A stretch of DNA of 64,000 bases, taken from NCBI GenBank assembly GCA_963844595.1, contig CAWJOW010000004.1:480157-544156 (forward strand), in the 5' to 3' direction. Below are positions 41,470 through 51,695 of this stretch, in pieces (position 1 is the stretch's first letter; every line of letters begins with the position of its first letter). The stretch is from an uncultured Gammaproteobacteria bacterium. GTDB taxonomy: Bacteria; Pseudomonadota; Gammaproteobacteria; Steroidobacterales; Steroidobacteraceae. The notes under the pieces were generated by a model. The model was not told the DNA's origin. It saw nothing but the letters and a program-made list of their open reading frames with translations, and did not search any database. Both the position numbers and the translations under genes were made by a program.

Positions 41470-42516
41470 ATGCGTGTGCTTGCCATCGAATCCTCCTGTG
41501 ACGAGAGCGCCGCTGCCGTGCTGGATGCGGATGCGGGGCTGCTCTCGCACGAGCTCTACAGCCAGGTGCCGCTGCATCGGGAGTTCGGGGGCGTCGTCCC
41601 CGAGCTCGCCTCGCGCGATCACGTGCGGCGGCTCCTGCCGCTGGTGCGCCGCGCTCTCGCCGGGTCGGGCACGCACGGACCTGACCTCGCCGGTATCGCC
41701 TATACCGCGGGCCCCGGGCTCATCGGCGCTCTGCTCACGGGAGCCGCGCTCGCACGGAGCCTCGCCTACGGGTGGCGCGTGCCCGCGATCGGCGTGCATC
41801 ACCTGGAAGGGCACCTGCTGGCGCCGCTGCTCGAGTCCGATCCACCGCCGTTCCCGCATGTCGCACTGCTGGTTTCGGGCGGCCACACCCTGCTTATGGA
41901 CGTATCCGGAGTCGGCGCCTATCGCGTGCTCGGCGAGACCCGCGACGATGCGGCGGGCGAGGCGTTCGACAAGACCGCGAAACTTCTCGGTCTCCCGTAC
42001 CCCGGCGGCCCGCAGCTCGCGGCGCTCGCCGAATGCGGCCGGCCCGGGGCCTTGAGCTTTCCGCGACCCATGCTCGACCGGCCGGGACTCGAGTTCAGCT
42101 TCTCGGGCCTGAAGACCGCCGTGATGCTCGCAGCGCGCGCGCAGCCGCTCACCGACGCACGGCGCGCCGACCTGGCGCATGCGGTGCAGGAGGCGATCGT
42201 GGCCACGCTCACCGTCAAGGCGTTGCGGGCGCTCGATGATACCGGGCACGACACGCTGGTCGTCTCCGGCGGCGTCGGCGCCAACCGCGAGCTGCGTGCG
42301 CGGCTCGCAGGTGCCGCGGGGGCCCGTGGTGCGCGCGTGTACTATCCGCGGGTTGAATTCTGCACCGACAACGCCGCCATGATCGCCGTCGCGGGATTGG
42401 CGCGCCTCAAGGCAGGCCAGCACGACGGGCTTGCGATCGAGGCGCGTGCCCGCTGGCCGCTCGCCTCGCTCGCCCCGCTCCGGGGCCCCGTCGCCGGCGC
42501 GCTCCTCCCGTCATGA
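41470..42516 (+). CDS. tsaD: tRNA N6-adenosine threonylcarbamoyltransferase TsaD
   Basis: [17 protein letters not shown]....... [14 protein letters not shown]....P...........D..GIAYT.GPGL.GALL.G is the canonical Kae1/TsaD sequence. Confidence 0.95.
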   Translation: MRVLAIESSCDESAAAVLDADAGLLSHELYSQVPLHREFGGVVPELASRDHVRRLLPLVRRALAGSGTHGPDLAGIAYTAGPGLIGALLTGAALARSLAYGWRVPAIGVHHLEGHLLAPLLESDPPPFPHVALLVSGGHTLLMDVSGVGAYRVLGETRDDAAGEAFDKTAKLLGLPYPGGPQLAALAECGRPGALSFPRPMLDRPGLEFSFSGLKTAVMLAARAQPLTDARRADLAHAVQEAIVATLTVKALRALDDTGHDTLVVSGGVGANRELRARLAGAAGARGARVYYPRVEFCTDNAAMIAVAGLARLKAGQHDGLAIEARARWPLASLAPLRGPVAGALLPS

Positions 42517-42935
42517 GCGAGACACCGACGGGGCGCGGCCGCGAGGCGGGCGATCGCATCTTTCTGCACGGCCTGACGGCCGAATGCATCATCGGTTTCA
42601 TCGACTGGGAACGGCGCGTCAGGCAGACGGTGGTCGTCGACCTGGAGATGCCGGTCGATTGCCGGCGCGCGGCGCTCACCGACGATGTGGCCGATACCCT
42701 CGACTACAAGAAAGTGGCGAAACGGGTGCTCGCGTTCATCGAGGGCTCGGAGTTCAAGCTGGTCGAGACACTCGCCGAGCGCCTCGCGCTCCTGGTGCTC
42801 GCGGACTTCGGCGTCGAGTGGGTGCGCGTCTCGCTCAACAAGCCGGGCGCGATCCGCAACTCGCGCGATGTGGGCGTCGTGATCGAGCGCACGCGCGCCG
42901 AGCTCGCGGTTGCAGCCGCCGCCGCCCGGAGCTGA
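42513..42935 (+). CDS. folB: dihydroneopterin aldolase
   Basis: DRIFLHGL...CIIG..DWER...Q.VVVDLEM........D...DTLDYK.V......F.E.S.F.L.ETLAE is present. It has an ATGA overlap with tsaD. Confidence 0.85.
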   Translation: MSETPTGRGREAGDRIFLHGLTAECIIGFIDWERRVRQTVVVDLEMPVDCRRAALTDDVADTLDYKKVAKRVLAFIEGSEFKLVETLAERLALLVLADFGVEWVRVSLNKPGAIRNSRDVGVVIERTRAELAVAAAAARS

Positions 42936-42937
42936 GC

Positions 42938-43423
42938 ATGCCCGCGGTCTATGTCGCCGCCGGCAGCAATGTCGAGCCCGAGCGTCATCTGGCGCTCGCG
43001 GTGGCCGAGCTCGCGCGTGAGTTTCCGGGCGCGCGCTCCTCGCCCTGGTACCGCAACCGCGCGGTGGGCTTCGAAGGCGCGGACTTCATCAACCTGGTGG
43101 TCGGTTTCGCGACGACGCTGCCGGTACGCGCGGTACTCGAGCGGCTGCACGCGATCGAGGCACGCTGCGGACGCGAGAGGGATGCGCCACGCTGGGCACC
43201 GCGCGCGATGGACCTGGACGTGCTGCTGTACGGCGGGCTGGTGTGCGATGAGCCGGGCCTCAGGCTGCCGCGTCCCGACCTGCTGAAGCGCGCCTACATG
43301 CTGGGACCGCTGGCGGCACTCGCCCCGGAGGTGATGCATCCGACGGCGCACCTCGCGATCGGCGAGCTCTGGCAGCGTTTCGATCGCGCGGCGCACCCGC
43401 TCGAGCCCGTGCCGGCCGCCTGA
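42938..43423 (+). CDS. folK: 2-amino-4-hydroxy-6-hydroxymethyldihydropteridine diphosphokinase
   Basis: VYVA.GSN..PE..L..A...L.......S..Y...A.G......F.N.VV....TL....L...L..IE...GR.R...RW.PR..DLD.LLYG is the HPPK signature. Confidence 0.85.
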   Translation: MPAVYVAAGSNVEPERHLALAVAELAREFPGARSSPWYRNRAVGFEGADFINLVVGFATTLPVRAVLERLHAIEARCGRERDAPRWAPRAMDLDVLLYGGLVCDEPGLRLPRPDLLKRAYMLGPLAALAPEVMHPTAHLAIGELWQRFDRAAHPLEPVPAA

Positions 43424-43426
43424 GGG

Positions 43427-44215
43427 CTACCACCCGATGCTGCGCCCGCCATCGACCGCCAGCACCTGGCCCGTGACGTACGGCGCCTCGGCGGCGAAGA
43501 ACAGGCAGGCGCGCGCCACATCGAGCGGCGTACCCGCGCGCTGCAACGCGGTGCGCGCCGCGATCTTGTCCTGGAGCGCAGGATCCAGCCCATCCTCGGG
43601 CCACATGACCGGTCCCGGGGCCACGGCATTGACGCGCACCAGCGGCCCGAGCTCGCGCGCCAGCACCTTGGTGAGCATGATGAGTCCGGCCTTGGCGACG
43701 CTATACACCGGGTAGCGGCCGAGGGGTCGCACGCCGTGGATGTCGGCAAGATTAATAATGAGTCCCTGACGCTCGCGGAGCGCGGCGGCGGCCGCCTGGG
43801 CGAGAAACAGCGGCGCCTTGAGATTCGTGCCGATCAGGTCGTCCCAGTCCATCTCGGTAATGTCGCCGAGCGGCGTTGGATAGAAAGTGGAGGCGTTGTT
43901 CACCAGGATGTCGAGCCCGCCCCAGGCCTGCGCGGCGCGGTCGATCAGCGCGCCGAGCTGCGAGACCTGCAGCAGGTCGCACTCGGCGACCTTCGCCGTT
44001 CCCGGCCGTGCGGCATTCAGCTCCCCGGCCAGTTGCGCTGCATCCTCGGCGGAGCTGCGATAGTGCAGCACGAGGTTGGCGCCGGCCTCGTGCAGCACGC
44101 GCGCGATGGTCGCGCCTACCCGGCGTGCCGCGCCGGTCACGAGCGCGGTCTTGCCCTGGAGGATGCTCGCCTGGGGCAGGGAGTTACAGCCGGGATCGGG
44201 TGTCGGAGGTTGCAT
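43427..44215 (-). CDS. pteridine reductase (SDR family, FolM/PTR1-like)
   Basis: The Rossmann motif is KTALVTGAARRVGATIA. NNAS, Y..AK (YSVAKAGL) and the C-terminal VTGQVLAVDGG are present, and the gene is adjacent to folBK. Confidence 0.75.
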   Translation of the reverse strand: MQPPTPDPGCNSLPQASILQGKTALVTGAARRVGATIARVLHEAGANLVLHYRSSAEDAAQLAGELNAARPGTAKVAECDLLQVSQLGALIDRAAQAWGGLDILVNNASTFYPTPLGDITEMDWDDLIGTNLKAPLFLAQAAAAALRERQGLIINLADIHGVRPLGRYPVYSVAKAGLIMLTKVLARELGPLVRVNAVAPGPVMWPEDGLDPALQDKIAARTALQRAGTPLDVARACLFFAAEAPYVTGQVLAVDGGRSIGW

Positions 44216-44226
44216 GGAGGGCGATT

Positions 44227-45411
44227 ATGACTCCATCGGCGCCGCGCTCAATCCTGCCGCCGCTGTCGCCCGATGAGGTGGCGCACTCGGCACGCGTGGC
44301 GGAGCTCATCCGTGCCCAGGTCACGGCCGCGGGCGGCTGGCTCTCCTTCGAGCGGTTCATGGAGCTCGCGCTTTACGCCCCGGGGCTCGGCTACTACAGC
44401 GCCGGCAGCACCAAGTTCGGTCCAGGCGGCGACTTCGTCACGGCCCCGGAGATGTCGGACCTCTTCAGCCGTTGCCTCGCGCGGCAGTGCGCCGAGGTTC
44501 TCGCCCAGACGGGCGGCGAGATCCTCGAGCTCGGCGCCGGCACAGGCCGCATGGCGGCGGTGATCCTCACGGAGCTCGCCGCTCGCGACGCGCTCCCGCA
44601 GCGCTATGCCATTCTCGAGGTAAGCGCCGATCTGGCCGCGCGCCAGCGTGCCCGCCTGGCGGCCCTCCCGCCGGCGCTGCGCGCGCGCCTCGAATGGCTC
44701 GAGCGGCTGCCCGAACGGCGGCTCGACGGTGTGATCCTCGCCAACGAGGTGTTGGATGCGTTGCCATTCCGGCGCTTCGCCCTTGCCGACGGAGGGCTGC
44801 ACGAGGTCGGCGTGGCGATGACCGCGGGCGGGGGGTTGCGCGACGCTCCCGCAGCGCCCGATCCCGAGCTGGCGCGGGCGCTGTCTCAGCTCACGAGCCA
44901 GGTCTCATTGCCCGCCGCGGGCTATCTTTCGGAGGCGTGCCTGCGCGTCTCCCCTTGGATCGCCTCGCTCGGCGAGTGCCTCGCGCGCGGTGTCGTACTG
45001 CTCTGCGACTATGGCCTGCCGCGCGTGCACTATTATCACCGCGAGCGCCGCACCGGCACACTGCGCTGCCACTTCAGACAGCGCGCCCATGACGACCCGT
45101 ATCTCAACCTCGGACTCCAGGACATCACTGCGTGGGTTGATTTCACCCGGGTGGCGGAGGCCGCGACAGCGGCAAATCTCACCGTCGCGGGCTTCGTGAC
45201 CCAGATGGCATTCCTGCTCGGCCTCGGCCTGCCGGAGATGGTGGCTGAAGCGGCGCCGGGCAGCGCGCTTTACGTGCGGCTCGCCGGCGAGGCGCGCCGG
45301 CTGCTGATGCCCGGGGAAATGGGCGAGGCGTTCAAGGTGATGGAGCTCAGCCGCGCCTTCGACGCGCCTCTCTCGGGCTTCGCGTTGCAGGACCTGCGCG
45401 GCTCGCTCTGA
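44227..45411 (+). CDS. class I SAM-dependent methyltransferase, MidA/NDUFAF7 (DUF185) family
   Basis: I.F..FM..ALY.P..GYYS.....FG..GDF.TAPE.S.LF......Q........ILE.GAG.G.....IL is present, and later ANE..DA.P. Confidence 0.8.
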   Translation: MTPSAPRSILPPLSPDEVAHSARVAELIRAQVTAAGGWLSFERFMELALYAPGLGYYSAGSTKFGPGGDFVTAPEMSDLFSRCLARQCAEVLAQTGGEILELGAGTGRMAAVILTELAARDALPQRYAILEVSADLAARQRARLAALPPALRARLEWLERLPERRLDGVILANEVLDALPFRRFALADGGLHEVGVAMTAGGGLRDAPAAPDPELARALSQLTSQVSLPAAGYLSEACLRVSPWIASLGECLARGVVLLCDYGLPRVHYYHRERRTGTLRCHFRQRAHDDPYLNLGLQDITAWVDFTRVAEAATAANLTVAGFVTQMAFLLGLGLPEMVAEAAPGSALYVRLAGEARRLLMPGEMGEAFKVMELSRAFDAPLSGFALQDLRGSL

Positions 45412-45423
45412 GGCCCGGACGTC

Positions 45424-46284
45424 TCAGTAGCCTGCGACGTGCAGCAGCTCCACGGCCGCCGCGGCGAACAGACAGTAGATGCCGAACACGTACCAGCGGC
45501 CGCCTTCCAGCCAGCGGCTGAGCCAGCGCAGCGCCACCAGGCCCGCACCGAATGCAACCAGCGCTCCGAGCACGCTCTGCCAGGCAGCACCGGCGATGCC
45601 GGCCGAGTCCATCCCTCCCGAGTGAAGCAGGCGCAGCGCCTCGCGGGCCACTACCGGTGGCGTCAACACCACGGCCAGCGCGAAGCTGAAAGCCTCGGCC
45701 TGCCGTCGCGAGACTCCGAGCAGCAGGCCCGTCGATATCGTGGCGCCCGAGCGCGAGAATCCCCTGAACGGCAGACACAGTCCCTGCACGGCGCCGATCA
45801 CGCTCGCCTGTCCGACGCGCAGCGTGTCGTCCCCGGGCGGCGCCGGCCGGCGCGCGGCGATCAGGCCCGCGGCCACGATCAGGATGCCGGCGACCGCGAG
45901 CGCCGGAGCGATGATCTCCAGGCGTCCGAACAGCTCCTCGATCTCGGCGTGCGGGTGACCGGCGAGCGCCGTCTTCGCGATGCCGAGCCAAATGCCTTCG
46001 TAGACCACTGCGGTCAGTACCGTGGCCACAATGACCCGCGCGGCGAAGCCGCGGAACGCAGCGAGGCTCTGGAAGTAAGTCGCGCGCCACTGCGGCCAGA
46101 AATACACGATCACCGCGATCATGGTGCCGGTGTGCAGCATCACGAGCAGCAGGGTCATCGGGGGCGAGCTCGGGTCGAGGCCGAGGAGCTTCTCGGCAAT
46201 GATCACGTGGGCCGAGCTCGAGACCGGCAGCAGCTCCGCCAGTCCCTGCACGATGGCAAGGACGATGGTGTTGAGAGTGGACAT
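45424..46284 (-). CDS. uppP: undecaprenyl-diphosphate phosphatase
   Basis: AIVQGLAELLPVSSSAHVII and PFRGFSRSGATI are BacA/UppP signatures, and the protein is multi-TM. Confidence 0.9.
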   Translation of the reverse strand: MSTLNTIVLAIVQGLAELLPVSSSAHVIIAEKLLGLDPSSPPMTLLLVMLHTGTMIAVIVYFWPQWRATYFQSLAAFRGFAARVIVATVLTAVVYEGIWLGIAKTALAGHPHAEIEELFGRLEIIAPALAVAGILIVAAGLIAARRPAPPGDDTLRVGQASVIGAVQGLCLPFRGFSRSGATISTGLLLGVSRRQAEAFSFALAVVLTPPVVAREALRLLHSGGMDSAGIAGAAWQSVLGALVAFGAGLVALRWLSRWLEGGRWYVFGIYCLFAAAAVELLHVAGY

Positions 46285-46293
46285 CGGGCGATT

Positions 46294-47520
46294 CTACTGG
46301 ACGGACGGCCGCAGCGCTTCGAGCGCGGCCAGCCGCCGGCGGTGCAGCTCCGCGCCGATGGCGGGGCCCGCGAGCCCGCGTCGCTCCTCTTCCTTGAGCT
46401 GCACGGCTGACGCCGTCGCGAGCGCCGCGCGCAGGTAGCCGGACTGCGGATAGGGCGCGGCCTCCAGACCGGTGCGCCCGCGCGCATCCGCTTCGCAGGC
46501 GAGGAGCAGCTCCGCGAACCGCTCCGGGCGCCGGAACGCGTCGGCATCCTCGAGGAGCTTCAGTGTCGTTGCGGCCCTGAGCTCGAGCGCGCGATGCACG
46601 AGCGTGTGAGTGCGGGCGGCGAGGATCGCGAGATCACGATACGCGCCCGGCACTTTGAGCCTCGAGGCGAGCGCTTCGATCAGCGGCACGCCGGCCTCCT
46701 CGTGACCGTGGTGGCTCGGCCACCGTTCGCGCGGCGTGCGTGCCTTGCCGAGATCGTGGATGAGGGCGGCGAAGCGCACCGCGGTCGAGGCTCCCGTGCG
46801 TGCCGCGTAGCGCACCGCCAGCATGGCGTGCACCCCGGTGTCGACCTCCGGGTGCCAGCGCGGCGGCTGCGGAATGCCGAACAGCGCATCGACCTCCGGG
46901 AAGATCACGGCGAGTGCGCCGCAGCTGCGCAGCGTCTCGAAATAGACCTCCGGGTGTGCTTCCCCGAGCGCCCGCTCGGTCTCCTGCCAGACGCGCTCGG
47001 GCACGAGCGCGCTCACTTCGCCCGAAGCGGTCATGCGGCGCAGCAGCGCGAGCGTCTCCCCGGCCACCTGGAAGCCGAGGTCGGCAAAGCGCGCCGCGAA
47101 GCGCGCGACGCGCAGGATCCGCACCGGGTCCTCGGTAAAAGCCTCCGAGACGTGACGCAGGACGCGGGCGGCGAGATCGGCGTGGCCGCCGTACGGGTCG
47201 ATGAGCTCACCGCTGTCGCTCTCGGCCATGGCGTTGATCGTCAGGTCGCGGCGCTTCAGGTCGTCCTCAAGCGTCACATCGGGCGAGAACTGCGTGCTGA
47301 AGCCGCGGTAGCCGGGACCGGTCTTCCTCTCCAGGCGGGCGAGTGCGTATTCCTCGCGCGTCTGCGGGTGCAGGAACACCGGGAACTCGCGCCCAACTGC
47401 CAGGAAACCAGCACGCTCGAGCTCGCCGGGCTCGGCGCCGACCACTACCCAGTCGCGCTCGCGCACCGGCAGTCCCAACAGGCGGTCCCGAACTGCGCCA
47501 CCGACCAAGTAGACTCGCAT
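46294..47520 (-). CDS. cca: multifunctional CCA-adding enzyme (nucleotidyltransferase plus HD domain)
   Basis: MRVYLVGGAVRDRLLG.P..ERDWVVVG, FPVFLHP.T.EEYALAR.ERK.G.GY.GF and HD-domain HDLGK are present. The start was set at MRVYLVGG (47520). Confidence 0.9.
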   Translation of the reverse strand: MRVYLVGGAVRDRLLGLPVRERDWVVVGAEPGELERAGFLAVGREFPVFLHPQTREEYALARLERKTGPGYRGFSTQFSPDVTLEDDLKRRDLTINAMAESDSGELIDPYGGHADLAARVLRHVSEAFTEDPVRILRVARFAARFADLGFQVAGETLALLRRMTASGEVSALVPERVWQETERALGEAHPEVYFETLRSCGALAVIFPEVDALFGIPQPPRWHPEVDTGVHAMLAVRYAARTGASTAVRFAALIHDLGKARTPRERWPSHHGHEEAGVPLIEALASRLKVPGAYRDLAILAARTHTLVHRALELRAATTLKLLEDADAFRRPERFAELLLACEADARGRTGLEAAPYPQSGYLRAALATASAVQLKEEERRGLAGPAIGAELHRRRLAALEALRPSVQ

Positions 47521-47527
47521 GGTGCGC

Positions 47528-48700
47528 ATGTTAACCGAGAGCTGCCGCAGCCAGCGCCCTGCGGCCGGCTTCGAGCGCCCGGGGCGCGCGGTTGTTGGCA
47601 GCCGCGCGGGCACCGCGCTTCCCGGCCGCGCGCTACTGCTGCTCATTGCCTGCGCGTTCTTGCCGGCCTGCGGCACTCTTTACGTGATGCAGGCGGCCAC
47701 CGGCCAGTGGCAGGTGCTGCGCGCGCGCGTGCCCATCGACAAGGTGATCGCCGATCCGGCTACGTCGCCGGAGCTGCGTAGCCGTCTCGAGGAGGTGCGT
47801 CAGGCGCGGGCCTTCGCGGTCAGCGACCTCGGTCTGCCTTCCAACAGGAGCTATACGACCTACGCCGATATCGGGCGGCCCTACGTGGTGTGGAACGTGG
47901 TGGCGGCCCCGGAGTTCTCGGTGGAGCCCGAGCGCTGGTGCTTTCCGGTGGTCGGCTGTGTCGCTTACCGCGGCTACTTCAGCGAGCTGCGCGCCCGCCA
48001 CTTCGCGTACCGCCTCGAGCAGCGCGGCGCCGACGTCGTGGTCGAGGGCGTGCCGGCGTACTCGACGCTCGGCAAGTTTGCCGACCCGGTGCTCTCGAGC
48101 ATGCTGCGCTACGGCGAGGACGACCTGGTGGCGACCATCTTCCATGAGCTCGCCCACCAGTTGCTCTACGTGCGCAACGACTCGGAGTTCAACGAGGCAT
48201 TTGCCACGACCGTCGAGGACGTCGGACTCGAGCGCTGGCTGAAGGCCCGCGGTGCGCCCGAGCGCATGCGCGAATTCCGCGCGGAAGAGGCGCAAACCGC
48301 AGCCCTCATCGAGCTACTGACGGGCGCCCGCAGCCGCCTGGCGGCACTCTATGCCTCGGGCCGGACGCCGGACGAGATGCGCACCGGCAAGGCGCGGATC
48401 CTCGCGAGCCTGGCCGCGGACATCCAGGCGCAGGAGCTGCGCCAGGGGCTGCGTTACCCGGTCTACGACGAGTGGATCATGACGGGACTCAACAACGCGC
48501 AGCTCGCCTCGGTCGCCACCTACTACGAGTGCGTGCCCGGTTTCCGGCGGCTGCTCGCAGCGGAGGGCGGGGATCTCACGCGCTTCTACGCCGCGGTACG
48601 GCGCCTGGCGCGCGAACCGCGCGCCGCGCGCCACGCCCACCTCTGCGAGAGCGACGCGCCGCCGCCGGTGGCGCAGCGGCGCGAGCCGGGTGCGCGCTGA
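47528..48700 (+). CDS. putative lipoprotein zinc aminopeptidase (PF10023-like)
   Basis: A lipobox LPAC is present, then Y...D.G.PY.VWNV.AAPE.S.....WCFP..GCV.YRGYF....A.......G.DV...GV.AYSTLG.F.DP, the HELAHQ zinc motif and NEAFAT. The start is uncertain (47519 or 47528). Confidence 0.7.
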   Translation: MLTESCRSQRPAAGFERPGRAVVGSRAGTALPGRALLLLIACAFLPACGTLYVMQAATGQWQVLRARVPIDKVIADPATSPELRSRLEEVRQARAFAVSDLGLPSNRSYTTYADIGRPYVVWNVVAAPEFSVEPERWCFPVVGCVAYRGYFSELRARHFAYRLEQRGADVVVEGVPAYSTLGKFADPVLSSMLRYGEDDLVATIFHELAHQLLYVRNDSEFNEAFATTVEDVGLERWLKARGAPERMREFRAEEAQTAALIELLTGARSRLAALYASGRTPDEMRTGKARILASLAADIQAQELRQGLRYPVYDEWIMTGLNNAQLASVATYYECVPGFRRLLAAEGGDLTRFYAAVRRLAREPRAARHAHLCESDAPPPVAQRREPGAR

Positions 48701-48746
48701 TACGCGGCGCTCGTGCCGGGGCAGCGTTGCGCGGTCCGCTCTGGTC

Positions 48747-49721
48747 TCAGGTGTCCGCCGCGCGCTCGACCTCCTCGCTCCGGCGCAGCGCATCGAGCTG
48801 CGCCTGCAGGTCATCGTCGCCGAGGTAGGCCGGCAGCACCGCGAGCATGCCCTGCGGCTGTATCCCCAGGCGCGCGCAGCCGTCCTCACGGCATACGCAG
48901 TCGACGCCGAGCGAGCGGAAGTTGTCGAGCGAGAACGGCTTGCCGGGCAGCAGTCCCATGAGCAACCCCTGCAGCCAGCCGGCCGCATCCGGCAGCGGAA
49001 TGATCCGGCAGGGCAGCCGCGCGACGCGTGCCGTGAGCCGCACGATGTTCGCGAGTGTCATGACGTCCGGTCCGCACAGCTCGTAGGTGGCGCCGACGCT
49101 GCCGCGCTCGGCCAGCGCGTGCACGAACGCTGCGGCGACATCGTCCACGTGCACCGGTGCGAAACGCGCGCCGGCACGTGCGAGCGGCAGCAGCCCGGCC
49201 GTACGGCGCAGCAGGGCCGCGAATCGGTTGGTGAGCGAGTCCCGCGCGCCGAAGATCACACTCGGGCGGAAGATCGTCACGCCGGGATGCGGGCTTCCGG
49301 GGTGCGACGGCGCGGCGCGCAGCAGCGCCTCGGCCGCGCCCTTGGTGCGCAGATACTGGCTGGGGGCGTGCGGGTCGGCGCCCAGCGCGCTCATGTGCAG
49401 GATGCGCGCCACCCCGGCGGCGCGCGCCGCGGCCAGCACCTTCGCCGCGAGCTCGGTGTGCACTGCCTGAAAGCTCGCGCCGCGGCGCGGGTTCAGGATG
49501 CCGACGAGGTTGATCACTGCGTCGCAGCCGGCGAACAGCCGGCCGAGCGCCGTGAGGTCGTGCACGTTAGCGACCCGCAGCTCGACGGTATCCAGCACCC
49601 GCAGCCGCAGCGCGCGCGCGAGATTGCGCGTCGGCACGCGCACCCAGTGGCCGGCGAGTGCCAGGCGGGTGACGAGCTCCGTACCGACGAAACCCGTTCC
49701 ACCGAGGACGCAGATGTTCAC
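48747..49721 (-). CDS. NAD(P)H-binding SDR-like protein (complex I NDUFA9-like / NmrA-like)
   Basis: The N-terminal Rossmann motif is MNICVLGGTGFVGTELV, the length is about 320 aa, and there is an FRPSVIFG motif. Confidence 0.7.
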   Translation of the reverse strand: MNICVLGGTGFVGTELVTRLALAGHWVRVPTRNLARALRLRVLDTVELRVANVHDLTALGRLFAGCDAVINLVGILNPRRGASFQAVHTELAAKVLAAARAAGVARILHMSALGADPHAPSQYLRTKGAAEALLRAAPSHPGSPHPGVTIFRPSVIFGARDSLTNRFAALLRRTAGLLPLARAGARFAPVHVDDVAAAFVHALAERGSVGATYELCGPDVMTLANIVRLTARVARLPCRIIPLPDAAGWLQGLLMGLLPGKPFSLDNFRSLGVDCVCREDGCARLGIQPQGMLAVLPAYLGDDDLQAQLDALRRSEEVERAADT

Positions 49722-49758
49722 GCAGCTGCCCTTGCCTGAAGCGCGCGGAGCGACCGGC

Positions 49759-50868
49759 TCAGTGGCTTTTCTGCGCCGTGCCGGTACCGCCCGGCGCAGC
49801 GAGCACCGCCGTCACTTTGAGCGGTTTGCCGTCGCGCATCAGCCCGATCTCGACCGCCTGGCCGACGCGCATCAGGCCGATCGCGTTGCGCAGGTCGGTG
49901 TTGGACTTGACCGCCTGGCCGTTCACCGCGGTAATGACGTCGCCGTTGCGCACCCCGGCCTTGTCGGCCGCGGAGCCCGGCAGCACCTGCGAGACCAGCG
50001 CGCCGACGGGATTCGCAAGGCCGAGGGAATGGGCGATCTCGCGGGTGACGGCGTACATGCTGATGCCGAGCTGACCGCGCTCGACCGAGCCGTAGCGGAT
50101 CAGCTGCTCCATCACGCTATGTGCCATGTTCACCGGGATCGCGAAACCGATGCCGATATTGCCGCCGGTGCGTGACAGGATCGCGGTGTTGATGCCGATC
50201 AGCTCGCCGCGCAGGTTGACGAGCGCCCCCCCGGAGTTGCCCGGGTTGATAGAGGCGTCGGTCTGGATGAAGTCCTCGTAGCCGTCGGGATTGATACCGG
50301 TGCGCGACAGCCCACTGATGATCCCGGAGGTGACCGTGTGCTGCAGGCCGAAGGGATTGCCGATGGCCACGACGAAATCCCCGACCTCGGCCTTGGTGGA
50401 ATCCCCGAGCGCGATCTGCGACAGGCCGTCGGCGGTGACCTTGAGGACCGCCACGTCGGAGGGCTGGTCGCTCCCGACCACCTCGGCCTTGAGATCACGG
50501 CCATCCTGCAGCGTCACGGTGATCTCGCTGGCGTTCTCCACGACGTGGGCATTCGTAACGATGTAGCCGCGCCTGGCGTCGAAAATCACCCCCGAGCCGG
50601 CGCTCTGGAAGGAGCGATCCTGCGGGGCAGTGTCGGGGGGCACTTCGAAGAAGCGCCGGAAGAATGGATCATCGAGCAGCGGATTGCTCGGGCCGCGCTC
50701 GTGAATGGTGCCGCGGGTGGCAATGTTCACCACCGCCGGCGAGACTTTCTTGATCATCGGCGCAAGCGACGGGAGCGGCGTGCCGCCCACCGCCGGAGGA
50801 ATGCCCGCCAGGGCGGGCGCAGCCGCCACGATCGCGGTCAGGGTGAGGGCAAGAACTGCGCGCTTCAT
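49759..50868 (-). CDS. S1C (DegS/AlgW-like) periplasmic serine endopeptidase with one PDZ domain
   Basis: A signal peptide is followed by GSGVIFD..GYIVTNAHVV, DVAVLKV, TDASINPGNSGGALVN (catalytic Ser) and a single PDZ (VSQVLPGSAADKAGVRNGDVITAVNG). Confidence 0.85.
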   Translation of the reverse strand: MKRAVLALTLTAIVAAAPALAGIPPAVGGTPLPSLAPMIKKVSPAVVNIATRGTIHERGPSNPLLDDPFFRRFFEVPPDTAPQDRSFQSAGSGVIFDARRGYIVTNAHVVENASEITVTLQDGRDLKAEVVGSDQPSDVAVLKVTADGLSQIALGDSTKAEVGDFVVAIGNPFGLQHTVTSGIISGLSRTGINPDGYEDFIQTDASINPGNSGGALVNLRGELIGINTAILSRTGGNIGIGFAIPVNMAHSVMEQLIRYGSVERGQLGISMYAVTREIAHSLGLANPVGALVSQVLPGSAADKAGVRNGDVITAVNGQAVKSNTDLRNAIGLMRVGQAVEIGLMRDGKPLKVTAVLAAPGGTGTAQKSH

Positions 50869-50930
50869 GCCCGGGCCATTCTAGCCCCCACGGGCGGCGG
50901 TTGAGCGCGATCTCCGCGATGCGAGAGACA

Positions 50931-50964
50931 CAAAAGCACCCCGGCGGCGCGGGGCGCCACCGGG
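50931..50964 (-). terminator. rho-independent terminator downstream of hsp20
   Basis: On the minus strand an 11-bp GC stem, CCCCGGTGGCG/CGCCGCCGGGG, is followed by TGCTTTTG. Confidence 0.6.
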
Positions 50965-50982
50965 GGTTGCCGGCCTGCGTGC

Positions 50983-51417
50983 TCAGGCCGCCTGGACGTT
51001 GATCTTCCGAGGCTGCTCCTGCGGGCGCTTGGGAATGCTGATTTCCAGCACACCGTTCGCATGTGTCGCCTTGATCGCCTCGGCGTCCGCGCTCTCGGGC
51101 AGGCTGAAGCGGCGCAGGAAGGTGCCGCGTGCGCGCTCGAGGCGCTCGAAGCCGTCGCTCGAGGTGCTCTTCTCCGAGCGGCGCTCGCCGCGGAGGGTCA
51201 GCACGCCCTTGTCGGCCGTGATCTCGATGTCCTTCCCCTCGACGCCCGGCAGATCGGCAGCGACCACGAAGCGCTCTGCCTCCTCGCGGACGTCGACGTG
51301 CGGGATCCAGCTGACGCTCGCGGACTGCTCGCTGTCAGCGTTGAGGCCGAAGGCGCGATCGACGTGCTGGTGCAGCCGGTCGAAGAGCGCCCAGGGCTCG
51401 TAACGAACGATGGTCAT
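50983..51417 (-). CDS. Hsp20/alpha-crystallin family small heat-shock protein
   Basis: W.P.VD..E....F.V.ADLPGV...DI.I......L.L.GER.........R.ER..G.F.R.F.LP......I.A...NGVLEI..PK is present. A GAGGAG RBS precedes the ATG at 51417. Confidence 0.9.
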   Translation of the reverse strand: MTIVRYEPWALFDRLHQHVDRAFGLNADSEQSASVSWIPHVDVREEAERFVVAADLPGVEGKDIEITADKGVLTLRGERRSEKSTSSDGFERLERARGTFLRRFSLPESADAEAIKATHANGVLEISIPKRPQEQPRKINVQAA

Positions 51418-51485
51418 GATGCTCTCCTCAGAAGTTAAGTCGTAAAAGACAGCTAAAAATGTTTGCGCTGCTGCGCTGTCCAGTG

Positions 51486-51514
51486 ATCTGTGGTTGGCGC
51501 AGCGCGCTTTCAAG
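51486..51514 (-). promoter_or_regulatory. sigma-32 (RpoH)-type heat-shock promoter for hsp20
   Basis: The minus strand reads CTTGAAA-14 nt-CCACAGAT, against the recalled consensus CTTGAAA-N13-15-CCCCATNT. It lies about 70 nt upstream of the start codon. Confidence 0.6.
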
Positions 51515-51679
51515 AGCGCCACTGCTTTTAGGTGAAGCGCGTGTTGGATTCGGCGGCGGCGCACTCAGCCCGCGGGGCGCGCCCGGCCAGCTCAGGCTCG
51601 AGGCCGCCTTCCATCAAGAATCGGGCCAGCAGGGCTGGCTCCTGTGCGTAGAGCTGTGCAAAACCTGTGTTCGACCTGG

Positions 51680-51695
51680 GCACAATATATTGGGG
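51680..51695. promoter_or_regulatory. NrdR-box-like element
   Basis: GCACAATATATTGGGG matches about 13/16 positions of the recalled NrdR consensus acaCwAtATaTwGtgt. It is far (about 370 nt) from the nrdJ start. Confidence 0.3.

Noticed and set aside
39453-41486. Full-length 677-aa version of the protease-TPR ORF
   Set aside because: It would overlap the divergent tsaD start (41470) and adds a highly basic non-signal N-terminus. The GTG at 41318 yields a plausible signal peptide, though this start remains uncertain.
43427-44227. Only 11 nt between the divergent starts of the pteridine reductase (44215) and the MidA-like methyltransferase (44227), suggesting a mis-called start
   Set aside because: I could not identify a better in-frame ATG or GTG with an RBS for either gene, so the track starts were kept. 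This is flagged as uncertain rather than interesting.
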